This document shows, one piece after another, positions 27,535-34,881 of a stretch of DNA of 44,530 nt. The position numbers were made by a program, and so were the translations under genes. The notes below the pieces were generated by a model that made no database searches, was not told the origin of the DNA, and was given only the letters and a program-made list of their open reading frames with translations. The stretch covers positions 1 to 44,530 of IMG/VR virus record IMGVR_UViG_3300028534_000008; one strand, 5' to 3'. Each line of letters opens with the position of its first letter. The first letter of the stretch is position 1. This DNA is from a virus.

Positions 27535-27541
27535 TAATATT

Positions 27542-28192
27542 ATGAGCAAAGAAATAGTAGAAAAAAAGGATTATGGGGTTTGGAGTAAAGATAGGCTTCA
27601 AGACGTATTGAATTATTTAAAGGGTCAAAACACAAACCTAAGTAAACAGGAGTTTATTACATTCATTGAGATTGGAAGACTTACAGGGTTAAATCCTTTC
27701 TTACGAGAAATATGGGCTGTAAAGTATGGAAGTAAACCAGCTAATATATTTATTGGTAGAGATGGATACAGAAAATCAGCACAACGACATGTTGAGTATG
27801 AACATCACACAGTGGATGCAGTTTATGACAATGATGAGTTTGAGTTTACAGATGGAAAAGTTAAGCATAAATATAACTTAAAAGACAGGGGTTCATTAGT
27901 TGGTGCATATTGTATAGTTAAGCGTAAGAGTGCGAGCTTGCCAGCGTTTACATATGTTGAGTATAGCGAATATAAGCAACCGTTTGGAGTGTGGGTTACA
28001 AAGCCAGCAACAATGATTAAAAAGGTCGCAGAAGCACAGGGTTTAAGAGGAGCATTTCAAGAATTATTTGCAGGGACTTACGAAGAGAGCGAGAACTGGG
28101 AAGCAGAAACACCTAAAGTTGCTGTAAAAGAGGATTTGTTAGATGTTACACCGCCAGAATTTGAAGAATTAGAAGTAAAAAAAAAGACATAA
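27542..28192 (+). CDS. Bet/RecT-family single-strand annealing recombinase (216 aa)
   Basis: LTGLNPFLREIWAVKYG...IFIGRDGYRKSAQ and TKPATMIKKVAEAQGLRGAF resemble the phage Bet (RecT superfamily) signature. Confidence 0.7.
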   Translation: MSKEIVEKKDYGVWSKDRLQDVLNYLKGQNTNLSKQEFITFIEIGRLTGLNPFLREIWAVKYGSKPANIFIGRDGYRKSAQRHVEYEHHTVDAVYDNDEFEFTDGKVKHKYNLKDRGSLVGAYCIVKRKSASLPAFTYVEYSEYKQPFGVWVTKPATMIKKVAEAQGLRGAFQELFAGTYEESENWEAETPKVAVKEDLLDVTPPEFEELEVKKKT

Positions 28193-28260
28193 ACGAATTT
28201 CAGGACTGGATTGATAACGGTAAAAGTATATTAAAATAATTAACAAATAAAACATAAAAC

Positions 28261-28488
28261 ATGAAAGACGTATTAAAAATTGTAGGCATGGTAATATTCA
28301 CGGTATTGGTCGCAGTAGTGGCACTTGGGTTTGTAACGTTCTTATGGGGCTGTTTGTGTTACTTGGTATGGAACTACATAGTATCTAATATTGTAGAGGT
28401 GAAACACTTATCATTCATTAGCAGTATGTATATTGGAATCTTATTTTCGATAGTAGTAATGATACTTAGAGGAATCTTTAAAAAATAG
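28261..28488 (+). CDS. Small multi-TM membrane protein (75 aa)
   Basis: Hydrophobic segments IVGMVIFTVLVAVVALGFVTFLW and ISSMYIGILFSIVVMIL. Upstream context aacaaataaaacataaaacATG. Confidence 0.55.
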   Translation: MKDVLKIVGMVIFTVLVAVVALGFVTFLWGCLCYLVWNYIVSNIVEVKHLSFISSMYIGILFSIVVMILRGIFKK

Positions 28489-28779
28489 GCAATAGTCCTC
28501 AATAAGACTATAAAAGGTTGTAAATAACTTATTGTGATTTTTTCATTGACCAGTTAAAAGCACACGACCTTGGTTAAGTCGTTAAACTGACCAGACGAAA
28601 CATAATGAGAGTATATATTGGTAACTGATAACAACGTGGTCGCTAGCGTATAAAATGTGGAATCCAATGGAAACAGTTGCGTTAATATATACTTTGCGTA
28701 AGGGGTAATTGCCTTAGCCTTATTATGTTAGCAGCCTGAGCTAAGCTGTATAGAAAACTGGCTCAACCATGAGGCTGTA

Positions 28780-28859
28780 GTTTAACAGGCAAAACGGTAC
28801 AGACTAGAGAACTTGTACATTTTAATGGTTCGAGTCCATTCAGCCCACCAAAATAAAAT
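28780..28859 (+). tRNA. tRNA-like element with canonical D-, T- and variable regions but a 12-nt anticodon loop and only 5 acceptor pairs; isotype unassignable
   Basis: ggctg/cagcc acceptor, TA at positions 8-9, D stem gttt/aaac, stem gtaca/tgtac enclosing gactagagaact, 5-nt variable loop, T arm aatgg-TTCGAGT-ccatt, 3' ...cagcccaCCA. Confidence 0.45.
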
Positions 28860-28897
28860 ACGGCAGATTTTTACATAATGAGGGGTATCAGTGCCTA

Positions 28898-28936
28898 ACG
28901 GGTGTATGCTTTGCATATTAGGCACTGGAACACTTC
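28898..28936 (+). other. Strong stem-loop between the tRNA-like element and ssb
   Basis: cagtgcctaa / ttaggcactg gives a perfect 10-bp stem. An inner tatgc-ttt-gcata hairpin lies in its loop. No U-tract follows. Confidence 0.7.
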
Positions 28937-28978
28937 CTTATGAGGTGACAATATTAATATCTTATAACCAAAAACAAG

Positions 28979-29362
28979 ATGCTAAACAAAGTACAGATTA
29001 TTGGACGTCTAACAGGTGACGTTGAAAAAATTGAAAATGCTGATGTGTATAAATTTTCAGTTGCGACTAATCGAACATGGAAAGACAAGGACGGTGAAAA
29101 ACAAGAAGAAGTAGAATTTGTTAATTTTACTGCATTCTCTAAAATGGGTGAAACTATCATGCAATATATGCATAAAGGTGAAATGCATTATTTTGAGGGT
29201 AGACTTCAAACTAGAATGGTAGAAAATGAAAACGGTAAAAGATACTACACAGGAGTTGTACTTGAAAAGTTTAGTTTCTTACCTAATGGGAAAAAAGACG
29301 GTGCAGTTAATAAAGACACTGCAAAAGTAAGTGAAGCTGACATAGAAGATTTACCAATTTAA
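28979..29362 (+). CDS. ssb: Single-stranded DNA-binding protein (127 aa)
   Basis: MLNKVQIIGRLTGDVE..., FSVATNRTWKDKDGEKQEEVEFVNFTAF and YFEGRLQTR form an OB-fold SSB pattern. Acidic C-terminal tip ADIEDLPI. Confidence 0.85.
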   Translation: MLNKVQIIGRLTGDVEKIENADVYKFSVATNRTWKDKDGEKQEEVEFVNFTAFSKMGETIMQYMHKGEMHYFEGRLQTRMVENENGKRYYTGVVLEKFSFLPNGKKDGAVNKDTAKVSEADIEDLPI

Positions 29363-29369
29363 AAGCGTT

Positions 29370-29462
29370 TAAGCACACGTTGCCCTCAACGCTGTGTGCT
29401 TAGGTTAAGGCTAGTTAAGTGCTAGCCTAGTAAGGGTTTATATGATGTTCTCCCCTTACTAG
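29370..29462 (+). other. Three consecutive hairpins downstream of ssb, containing four CTAG sites
   Basis: HP1 is aagcacac(gttg-ccct-caac)...gtgtgctt. HP2 is aggctag-ttaagtg-ctagcct. HP3 is ctagtaaggg-(16 nt)-cccttactag. No U-tracts follow. Confidence 0.65.
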
Positions 29463-29500
29463 ATTGGTACTTAAAAAAAATATAATATAATAAAAATAAT

Positions 29501-29677
29501 ATGAGTTATAAGAAAGGAGATTGGGAAAACAATATCACAGTTGCATTCAAAGACGGAGTTAAAAGAGAACTTAAATTGCATGCAATAGATTTTGGGTATC
29601 CTACACTTAGTAAATTTATCAGGCATGCTATTGATGAGCAAATTAAGAGAGATAGAAAACACAGAGGATTAAAATAA
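29501..29677 (+). CDS. Ribbon-helix-helix (CopG/Arc-like) DNA-binding protein (58 aa), below the ORF-track cutoff
   Basis: Hand-translated as MSYKKGDWENNITVAFKDGVKRELKLHAIDFGYPTLSKFIRHAIDEQIKRDRKHRGLK, a beta-strand then two helices typical of RHH. Antisense track ORFs here are rejected. Confidence 0.55.
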   Translation: MSYKKGDWENNITVAFKDGVKRELKLHAIDFGYPTLSKFIRHAIDEQIKRDRKHRGLK

Positions 29678-29692
29678 TAATAAAAATATAAT

Positions 29693-30163
29693 ATGGAATT
29701 ATACAAAACAAACGACGAGTTGATCAATTCATACATTGACCCAGAAACAGGAGAAATTATAGAGGTTAAAACATCGGAGGAACAGGCTAAGGAATTAGTT
29801 ATTGCATTAGTAAAGAAGATTAAGAATCTTGAAGCGAAGCATGCAGTGTTCAAAGCAGAAGCTGATAGATTAAAAGATGAGGCGAGTTATACAAAATCAA
29901 GTATTGATAGTGCTAAAAACTTCTTAAAGGAAGTCCTTGAGATGAATGATATTAAAAAACACAGTGATGGCGTGCATACAGTAACATTAAGAAAGCCTAC
30001 ACCTAGTTTAAATGTTTTAGATGAATCAGAAATACCTACTGATTACTTCAAAGAGACTGTAAAGGTGTCTATCGACAAGAAACAACTATTGAATGATATG
30101 AAAGACGGTAAAGAAGTTAAAGGAGCTAAAATCGAATATAAGAGCGGTTTGTTAATTAAATAG
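29693..30163 (+). CDS. Siphovirus Gp157-like protein (156 aa)
   Basis: N-terminal MELY...ELI, a central coiled coil, then VTLRK...IPTDYFK...DKKQLLNDMKDGKEVKGAKI resemble the Sipho_Gp157 family layout. Confidence 0.55.
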   Translation: MELYKTNDELINSYIDPETGEIIEVKTSEEQAKELVIALVKKIKNLEAKHAVFKAEADRLKDEASYTKSSIDSAKNFLKEVLEMNDIKKHSDGVHTVTLRKPTPSLNVLDESEIPTDYFKETVKVSIDKKQLLNDMKDGKEVKGAKIEYKSGLLIK

Positions 30164-30164
30164 T

Positions 30165-30623
30165 ATGGTAAAAAAGAGTAACGAAGAATTTATAATCCAG
30201 AAAGCCATTATTGATTACCTAGATAAAAACGGTTACTGGTGGGAGCGTGCTAATTCTGGACAAGCGTTTGTAAAGAATGGATATAGCACTAGAAAGATAA
30301 TGCTTATGAGACGTGGGTGTCCCGATCTGTTAAGTTGTGTAGATGGGCAACTTGTCGGAATAGAGGTTAAAAAAAGTGAAAAGGAATACAAGAGGTGGAA
30401 AACAATTATTGATAAATACAGGGAAATTGTGGGCGATAATCCTGACCTTAAAATGCAGTGGAGACATGAAATACTTACTTATCCAGAAATAAAAAAGAGT
30501 TGGGAGCGTGAGATTTTTCAGTACAAATATGCTATTAGAATGACACGCGGAGGTGGTAAATATATATTAACCTACTCAGTAGAACATTTAGAAGAACAAC
30601 TTAATAAATTAAAACTTAAATAA
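30165..30623 (+). CDS. VRR-NUC / PD-(D/E)xK nuclease (152 aa)
   Basis: RRGCPDLLSCVDGQLVGIEVKK carries the D...E-x-K catalytic arrangement of VRR-NUC nucleases. Confidence 0.6.
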   Translation: MVKKSNEEFIIQKAIIDYLDKNGYWWERANSGQAFVKNGYSTRKIMLMRRGCPDLLSCVDGQLVGIEVKKSEKEYKRWKTIIDKYREIVGDNPDLKMQWRHEILTYPEIKKSWEREIFQYKYAIRMTRGGGKYILTYSVEHLEEQLNKLKLK

Positions 30624-30632
30624 AAAAAAACT

Positions 30633-31127
30633 ATGGCAAATAGAGAAATAGTGATAGACGGAGTTACATATCTTAGAAAGGATATTGCAGCTATAGACGG
30701 TAGGGTAATGCGTGGCGAAGATTACTGGTATATTAACGATAGTGGGTATATGGCATTTACTAAGGACTTAAGAAATCCTACTGATGATTTTAGATTTAAT
30801 AATAAGAATTATTATACGACACAAGAAGCTTGTAGAGAAGCTTTATTAAAAATAACTCCAAATACTGAACCTGAACCTAAAAAGTTTCGCGAGGTGTATA
30901 TGTATGTTGCAGAGAAGAAGGAGGATGGCAGACGACTTCCTCCATTTATATATTATTCTAATGAAAGGGACTTTGAGGAGGTGTTTGGAGATGATTATTG
31001 TGAAGATGAGGTTACTATGTATAAATATGATAAACATGAAGAACTTAAAAATTCTATAAGGTGTGATTGTGGTTGCTTAACATGGAATTCAGAGGAGATG
31101 TGCGATTACTGCTTAAGTAAAAGTTAA
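30633..31127 (+). CDS. Hypothetical protein (164 aa) with C-terminal Cys cluster
   Basis: Ends in CDCGCLTWNSEEMCDYC. No family recognised. Confidence 0.5.
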   Translation: MANREIVIDGVTYLRKDIAAIDGRVMRGEDYWYINDSGYMAFTKDLRNPTDDFRFNNKNYYTTQEACREALLKITPNTEPEPKKFREVYMYVAEKKEDGRRLPPFIYYSNERDFEEVFGDDYCEDEVTMYKYDKHEELKNSIRCDCGCLTWNSEEMCDYCLSKS

Positions 31128-31160
31128 ATAAAACAAAATTAAAACATAACAAAAATAAAT

Positions 31161-31577
31161 ATGAAACATAAGTACGGAGAGTTTAGGCATCATAGGTTGT
31201 ATATGGTATGGAATACAGCAAGGACTAAGTTTGGTACTGATTGTATGTGTGATAGGTGGCAGGATTTTATTAATTTCTATAATGATTTATTAAGTGAATA
31301 TGATAGTATTGTAGATGAAGGATTTACTCCTAGATTTATTAGGATAAAAAAACATTTAAAATACTCTAAAACTAATTATTGTTTTAAGAAGAACAGGATA
31401 TTAAATAAGGATAAAAGGGAGAGTGCTAAGGTTAAAGTAAAATGTTATGCTGATTATATAGATGATGCTGTACGTAAAGGTGATATGAAAGAATCTGATG
31501 CAGCGTATTATAAAAGGCTGAATAGTGTTGGGAAAACAACTGGTGTAGGAGTATCAAATAACAAAGTATGGTTATGA
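31161..31577 (+). CDS. Hypothetical protein (138 aa), possible DNA-binding
   Basis: HHRLYMVWNTARTKF...CDRWQDFINFYND resembles a short phage DNA-binding module. Weak. Confidence 0.4.
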   Translation: MKHKYGEFRHHRLYMVWNTARTKFGTDCMCDRWQDFINFYNDLLSEYDSIVDEGFTPRFIRIKKHLKYSKTNYCFKKNRILNKDKRESAKVKVKCYADYIDDAVRKGDMKESDAAYYKRLNSVGKTTGVGVSNNKVWL

Positions 31578-31951
31578 GTAAGCGATGCACAAAATGTGGT
31601 GAATGGAAGCCTAATAATTGTTTTATTATTAATTTACGCGATGAGGTTATCCTTACATGCATTTCGTGTCTTGATCGTAACAAAACAGGACTTCAATTTA
31701 TTGGCATGACAGATGTTGAACGTAAAAATTATCATTCTAGAAGAATTGCAGCAATACGAAGAAATAATAATGTAAAAGTTGAATCTTCATACATAGACCA
31801 TTTAAAGCAGATGCACTTAAAAGGTGAAATAACTGAATTACAGTTAAGAGATTATATAAAGTACTTTAAGAATCATAAAAAGGACAAGGTGTATGTATTA
31901 AGTGGTAAATTAGTAGAAAGTCATCGTATTGGGACTAAAATAACAGACTAA
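31568..31951 (+). CDS. Zinc-ribbon protein (127 aa)
   Basis: N-terminal CTKCGEWKP...CISC motif. The C-terminal YID..(6-7 aa)..KGE region loosely resembles that of 31161..31577. Confidence 0.45.
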   Translation: MVMSKRCTKCGEWKPNNCFIINLRDEVILTCISCLDRNKTGLQFIGMTDVERKNYHSRRIAAIRRNNNVKVESSYIDHLKQMHLKGEITELQLRDYIKYFKNHKKDKVYVLSGKLVESHRIGTKITD

Positions 31952-32060
31952 TTACTTCACGAGATGTTATTTACTTCACGAAGTATAATTACTCTACCAG
32001 ATATTATTTACTCCACGAGATATTTACTCCACGAGATATTAATTACTCTACGAGATATGG
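31952..32060 (+). repeat. Array of six direct iterons, consensus TTACTYCACGAGATAT, period 16-19 bp
   Basis: Units start at 31952, 31971, 31989, 32008, 32024 and 32043: ttacttcacgagatg, ttacttcacgaagta, ttactctaccagata, ttactccacgagata, ttactccacgagata, ttactctacgagata. Confidence 0.9.
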
Positions 32061-32105
32061 AAGTTATGGAATCAAAAAATTAAATACATTATTAATTATA
32101 AAAAT

Positions 32106-32498
32106 ATGGGATTGTTGAATTTTGGCAAGAAAACAGAAGATGAATACAAGATAGATGATGTTGCTTATGTTTTAATTGGTAATGATGTTAAGAATAATGG
32201 ATTTTTTTATCATGGCGTGCATTATTCAAATAAATTAACAAAATATATTGTAAGAAAAATGAAAATTTCCAATATTGGATTTGTTGATTTAAAAAATAAA
32301 ACATACGAGCTTGTGCCAGAGGATTATCGTGGTAATTGGATTGATGCTTGTGATGTAAAAGTATTTGTTGATAAATCAAACATTTTTAAAACCAAACAAG
32401 AAGCTCTTAACAGGCTGGTTGAGTTAAATCATCGAATGATTGCTGAACTGTACGAAAGACATATTGAAGTGCAGAAATTCAAAGCAACGCACAAATAA
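32106..32498 (+). CDS. Hypothetical protein (130 aa), last gene of the rightward early module
   Basis: ORF followed by a GC hairpin. Confidence 0.5.
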   Translation: MGLLNFGKKTEDEYKIDDVAYVLIGNDVKNNGFFYHGVHYSNKLTKYIVRKMKISNIGFVDLKNKTYELVPEDYRGNWIDACDVKVFVDKSNIFKTKQEALNRLVELNHRMIAELYERHIEVQKFKATHK

Positions 32499-32511
32499 TT
32501 TTCTCTTACTA

Positions 32512-32527
32512 GGTGGCGGTAGCCACC
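32512..32527 (+). other. GC-rich hairpin (ggtggc-GGTA-gccacc) at the convergence point; no U-tract
   Basis: Perfect 6-bp stem with a tetraloop, 14 nt after stop 32498. Confidence 0.5.
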
Positions 32528-32635
32528 CTTAGCACCATATAGACAACTTTTTTGTAAAAAAATAATATAGAAATTGAATATAGTAAAAAACTTCATGTTG
32601 AAATTTTGAAATGTGTTTATATTTTCATATATATA

Positions 32636-32687
32636 ATAAAAACTAGCCCTGTTTTACTTTGTTTTAGCAATGAAAGATGGGCTAGTT
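32636..32687 (-). terminator. Candidate terminator of the leftward cassette
   Basis: On the minus strand: aactagccc-(29 nt)-gggctagtt followed by TTTATTAT. The loop is long, hence low confidence. Confidence 0.35.
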
Positions 32688-32728
32688 GATATGCTTATCA
32701 TTTTAAAAATGAATACGTCTAAAATCGG

Positions 32729-33052
32729 CTATTTTAGTATTTTAATTTGATTTAAAATATTTTGTGCTGTTGTTGTGTTGTGGTGTGTTATCTCTTTTTT
32801 GCAGTTGATCATTGTTATCACCCACCATATAAGCCCCACGTACAATAAGCATGTAAAAATAAATAGTACTTGTAAGCCCCATTTGCCTAAATGTGCATAG
32901 TGAAAACCAAACAACGCAAGAATAAAGCCTGTATCGTGTTTTAGTTTGTTTTGATTGTATTCGTAGAAAAAACGTTGTTGCTCGTCTTTTTTGAGCTTTT
33001 TTACTGCAGTTGCTATGTGTGGCGGCAATTCGTTTAGATGTGAATTAATCAT
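32729..33052 (-). CDS. TM2-domain membrane protein (107 aa)
   Basis: GFILALFGFHYAHLGKWGLQVLFIF...GLIWWVITMI resembles the TM2 domain (G.H.FYLGk...iW.liD) two-helix pattern. Confidence 0.55.
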   Translation of the reverse strand: MINSHLNELPPHIATAVKKLKKDEQQRFFYEYNQNKLKHDTGFILALFGFHYAHLGKWGLQVLFIFTCLLYVGLIWWVITMINCKKEITHHNTTTAQNILNQIKILK

Positions 33053-33305
33053 TTTTTACTTGGTTATTTTGTAAATTTGTCAAAAGTGCTTGCAATGACG
33101 TTCTGGCGTCGTTCGCGTTGTCGTCTTCGGTTAGCCTTTTGTCGTTCATCATTACAAGACAGGCTTTTACGCTTGGGATTAGTAGCTCACCGCCCCCGCT
33201 TTTTTCTAATAATTCCATGGCAACGCCTTTTATTGTGTCGGAACATGCGAGCATAGCGGCAAGTACTTGCGCGCGTTCCTTGCCTTCTAGTTGTACTTTG
33301 TGCAT
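33045..33305 (-). CDS. Hypothetical protein (86 aa), visibly G+C-richer than neighbours
   Basis: Overlaps the TM2 gene start by 8 nt. Upstream context aacaaaaaacaactATG. Confidence 0.5.
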   Translation of the reverse strand: MHKVQLEGKERAQVLAAMLACSDTIKGVAMELLEKSGGGELLIPSVKACLVMMNDKRLTEDDNANDARTSLQALLTNLQNNQVKND

Positions 33306-33370
33306 AGTTGTTTTTTGTTATGTATTAAAAACTAAATTTAAAGCCTCTTGCGAGGCTCTACTTTTAATCT

Positions 33371-33574
33371 TTAATCATTTTCTTGTATTATGTTTATACC
33401 TTTTAATATGTCAATATAATGTGTTATTACATTAACTTGTTCTAATAGTTCGACTTTTAGATTTATTGCTTCATTCAAAGAAGGTCTAAAACCTTTTTTA
33501 AATTTATTGTCAAGTTCAAGCCGTGAATTATTAAGTTTTTTAAGTAGTGATTTTAATATTTTTTTAGTTTCCAT
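33371..33574 (-). CDS. Hypothetical coiled-coil protein (67 aa)
   Basis: Upstream context ataaaaaaataacaATG. Confidence 0.45.
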   Translation of the reverse strand: METKKILKSLLKKLNNSRLELDNKFKKGFRPSLNEAINLKVELLEQVNVITHYIDILKGINIIQEND

Positions 33575-33608
33575 TGTTATTTTTTTATTAATTGTATTAT
33601 TTTAATTT

Positions 33609-33914
33609 TTAAAAGTTTATTTGTTTGAAATTGTGTAGTTTTATAAAATTATTTAATTTTTCTCTATTAAAAACATTTTCTTTTTTAAGCGCTTTGATTG
33701 CGTTGTTTACTGATTCTTCTATTGTTTTTGCGTATGTTTTGCCAGTTTCAAAGCCTGTTTTATATTCTCGCGTTATCCAGTAGCTATTGCTTATCTTGCT
33801 AGTAAAAAGCTTTATATCGTTTATTGTAGTTGTATATCCTTCGGCTTGCCTGTATTGTGGTTCACCTTGTATAATTCCTTTACAGATTTTTATTTTAGCT
33901 TTTGTGTATTTCAT
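33609..33914 (-). CDS. Hypothetical protein (101 aa)
   Basis: Co-oriented ORF in the leftward cassette. Confidence 0.5.
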   Translation of the reverse strand: MKYTKAKIKICKGIIQGEPQYRQAEGYTTTINDIKLFTSKISNSYWITREYKTGFETGKTYAKTIEESVNNAIKALKKENVFNREKLNNFIKLHNFKQINF

Positions 33915-33936
33915 AATCTTTTTAGTTAATTGTTTT

Positions 33937-34497
33937 TTAAAGCCCTGTGTAAATTGTACCGTCTTTGAAAAACTCGTATTCGTTAGATTTTATATTTTCA
34001 ATGATTGTTTTGTCTTCGTTTTCGGATTCTATAAGTGAATACCCATATCTTTCGATTTTTTGGCATAATTCGATAAGAAAATCATCAGTTTCTATGAATT
34101 TTTTATCTTTACAATCTACCTCTTCATCTTGGATAAAATTTCCTTCGTTGTCGGTATAGTCACGATATATTGATATTTCGTGTGAATGCTCGTGCGTATA
34201 TCCTCCGCGCTGTCTTCTATATATGTTATACGTTACATTATTGTCAGAATCGAGAACCTCAAAATGTCCGTCAATGCATACTCCGTCACCTTGTGAATAA
34301 GACAATGAGTAGTACAATCTAAAATCATCGTTCAATATTTCTATATTGTGATTATCAAATAGTTCTTTTGCGTATTCTGTTAAAACTTCATTTAAAAATA
34401 GATAGTCGTTTCCCTCCCTCCATGCTTGTATAACATTGGCCTGTGTGTCCTTGTCTAGTTCGTCGAAAGTGTAAATTTTTTGTGTAATTGTTTTCAT
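33937..34497 (-). CDS. Hypothetical acidic protein (186 aa) with YSQGDG and C-terminal EYEFFKDG motifs
   Basis: The pattern (N-terminal FDELDKDTQ, central SYSQGDG, C-terminal NEYEFFKDG) recalls a widespread phage/plasmid family of unknown or anti-restriction-like function. Not verifiable here. Confidence 0.45.
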   Translation of the reverse strand: MKTITQKIYTFDELDKDTQANVIQAWREGNDYLFLNEVLTEYAKELFDNHNIEILNDDFRLYYSLSYSQGDGVCIDGHFEVLDSDNNVTYNIYRRQRGGYTHEHSHEISIYRDYTDNEGNFIQDEEVDCKDKKFIETDDFLIELCQKIERYGYSLIESENEDKTIIENIKSNEYEFFKDGTIYTGL

Positions 34498-34518
34498 GGT
34501 GTTTTTGGTTATGTTGTT

Positions 34519-34857
34519 TTATGCTATTTTAAATCTATTGTATTGCGCCTTTTTTACAGCTTCTCTTTTGATTCTTTTTTCCATGTCGTTCCATTGTTTA
34601 AGCTCTTGCAGTCCGTTAAACGTATAGTTTATACCTGCCCCATAAAATCTATTGAAAAAATCTGTTAATTCTGCGTGCAATTCCTCATTGTCTCGAACGT
34701 GTACGTCTAAAACGTCAATTCTATCATCGCAAGCTTGTATTTCTATATTTATAAGGTCGTCAATTTCTGTATATTCTATCTCTATTTCGTCGTGGTATTG
34801 TTCTAAAAAGTTTGATTCTATCGCCTTTCTAAGTGCTTTTTCGTTTGAGTATGCCAT
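34519..34857 (-). CDS. Hypothetical acidic protein (112 aa)
   Basis: Upstream context aaaaaaacatcATG. Confidence 0.5.
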   Translation of the reverse strand: MAYSNEKALRKAIESNFLEQYHDEIEIEYTEIDDLINIEIQACDDRIDVLDVHVRDNEELHAELTDFFNRFYGAGINYTFNGLQELKQWNDMEKRIKREAVKKAQYNRFKIA

Positions 34858-34881
34858 GATGTTTTTTTGTTAGTTTTTAAA

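Noticed and set aside
28596-28610. Hammerhead-ribozyme-like CTGACCAGACGAAAC
   Set aside because: The core requires CUGANGA, and here position 8 is C rather than G. There is also no stem II between the two boxes.
28489-28859. tmRNA (ssrA) hypothesis: T-arm plus CAGCCCACCA 3' end, and a possible tag ending ...LIMLAA-stop at about 28698..28740
   Set aside because: The 5' acceptor, D-like and anticodon-like helices are contiguous with the T arm, as in a tRNA. No GGGGCUG 5' end lies at a suitable distance; the only one, near 28345, is inside a good membrane-protein ORF. There is room for only about 85 nt between the tag stop and the T arm, too little for the pseudoknots. The tag composition is also atypical.
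28826-28859. attP core (a copy of a host tRNA 3' end used for integration)
   Set aside because: I could recognise no tyrosine or serine recombinase anywhere in the genome. The element includes a full 5' half rather than only a 3' fragment. Not fully excluded without host genome comparison.
21887-29853. Minus-strand track ORFs inside the rightward early module (21887..22123, 22726..23037, 23013..23219, 23182..23397, 25340..25522, 25860..26054, 26889..27071, 28954..29160, 29471..29662, 29506..29853)
   Set aside because: Each overlaps a co-oriented plus-strand ORF that has the recurrent A-rich start context or a recognisable fold (methyltransferase, SSB, RHH, Gp157-like). Their sequences are low-complexity Ile/Phe/Ser-rich, typical of antisense frames in AT-rich DNA.
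31952-32060. Possible CRISPR array
   Set aside because: The repeats are 15-16 bp, imperfect and essentially contiguous, with 1-3-bp gaps and no spacers. No cas genes are present. The architecture is iteron-like.
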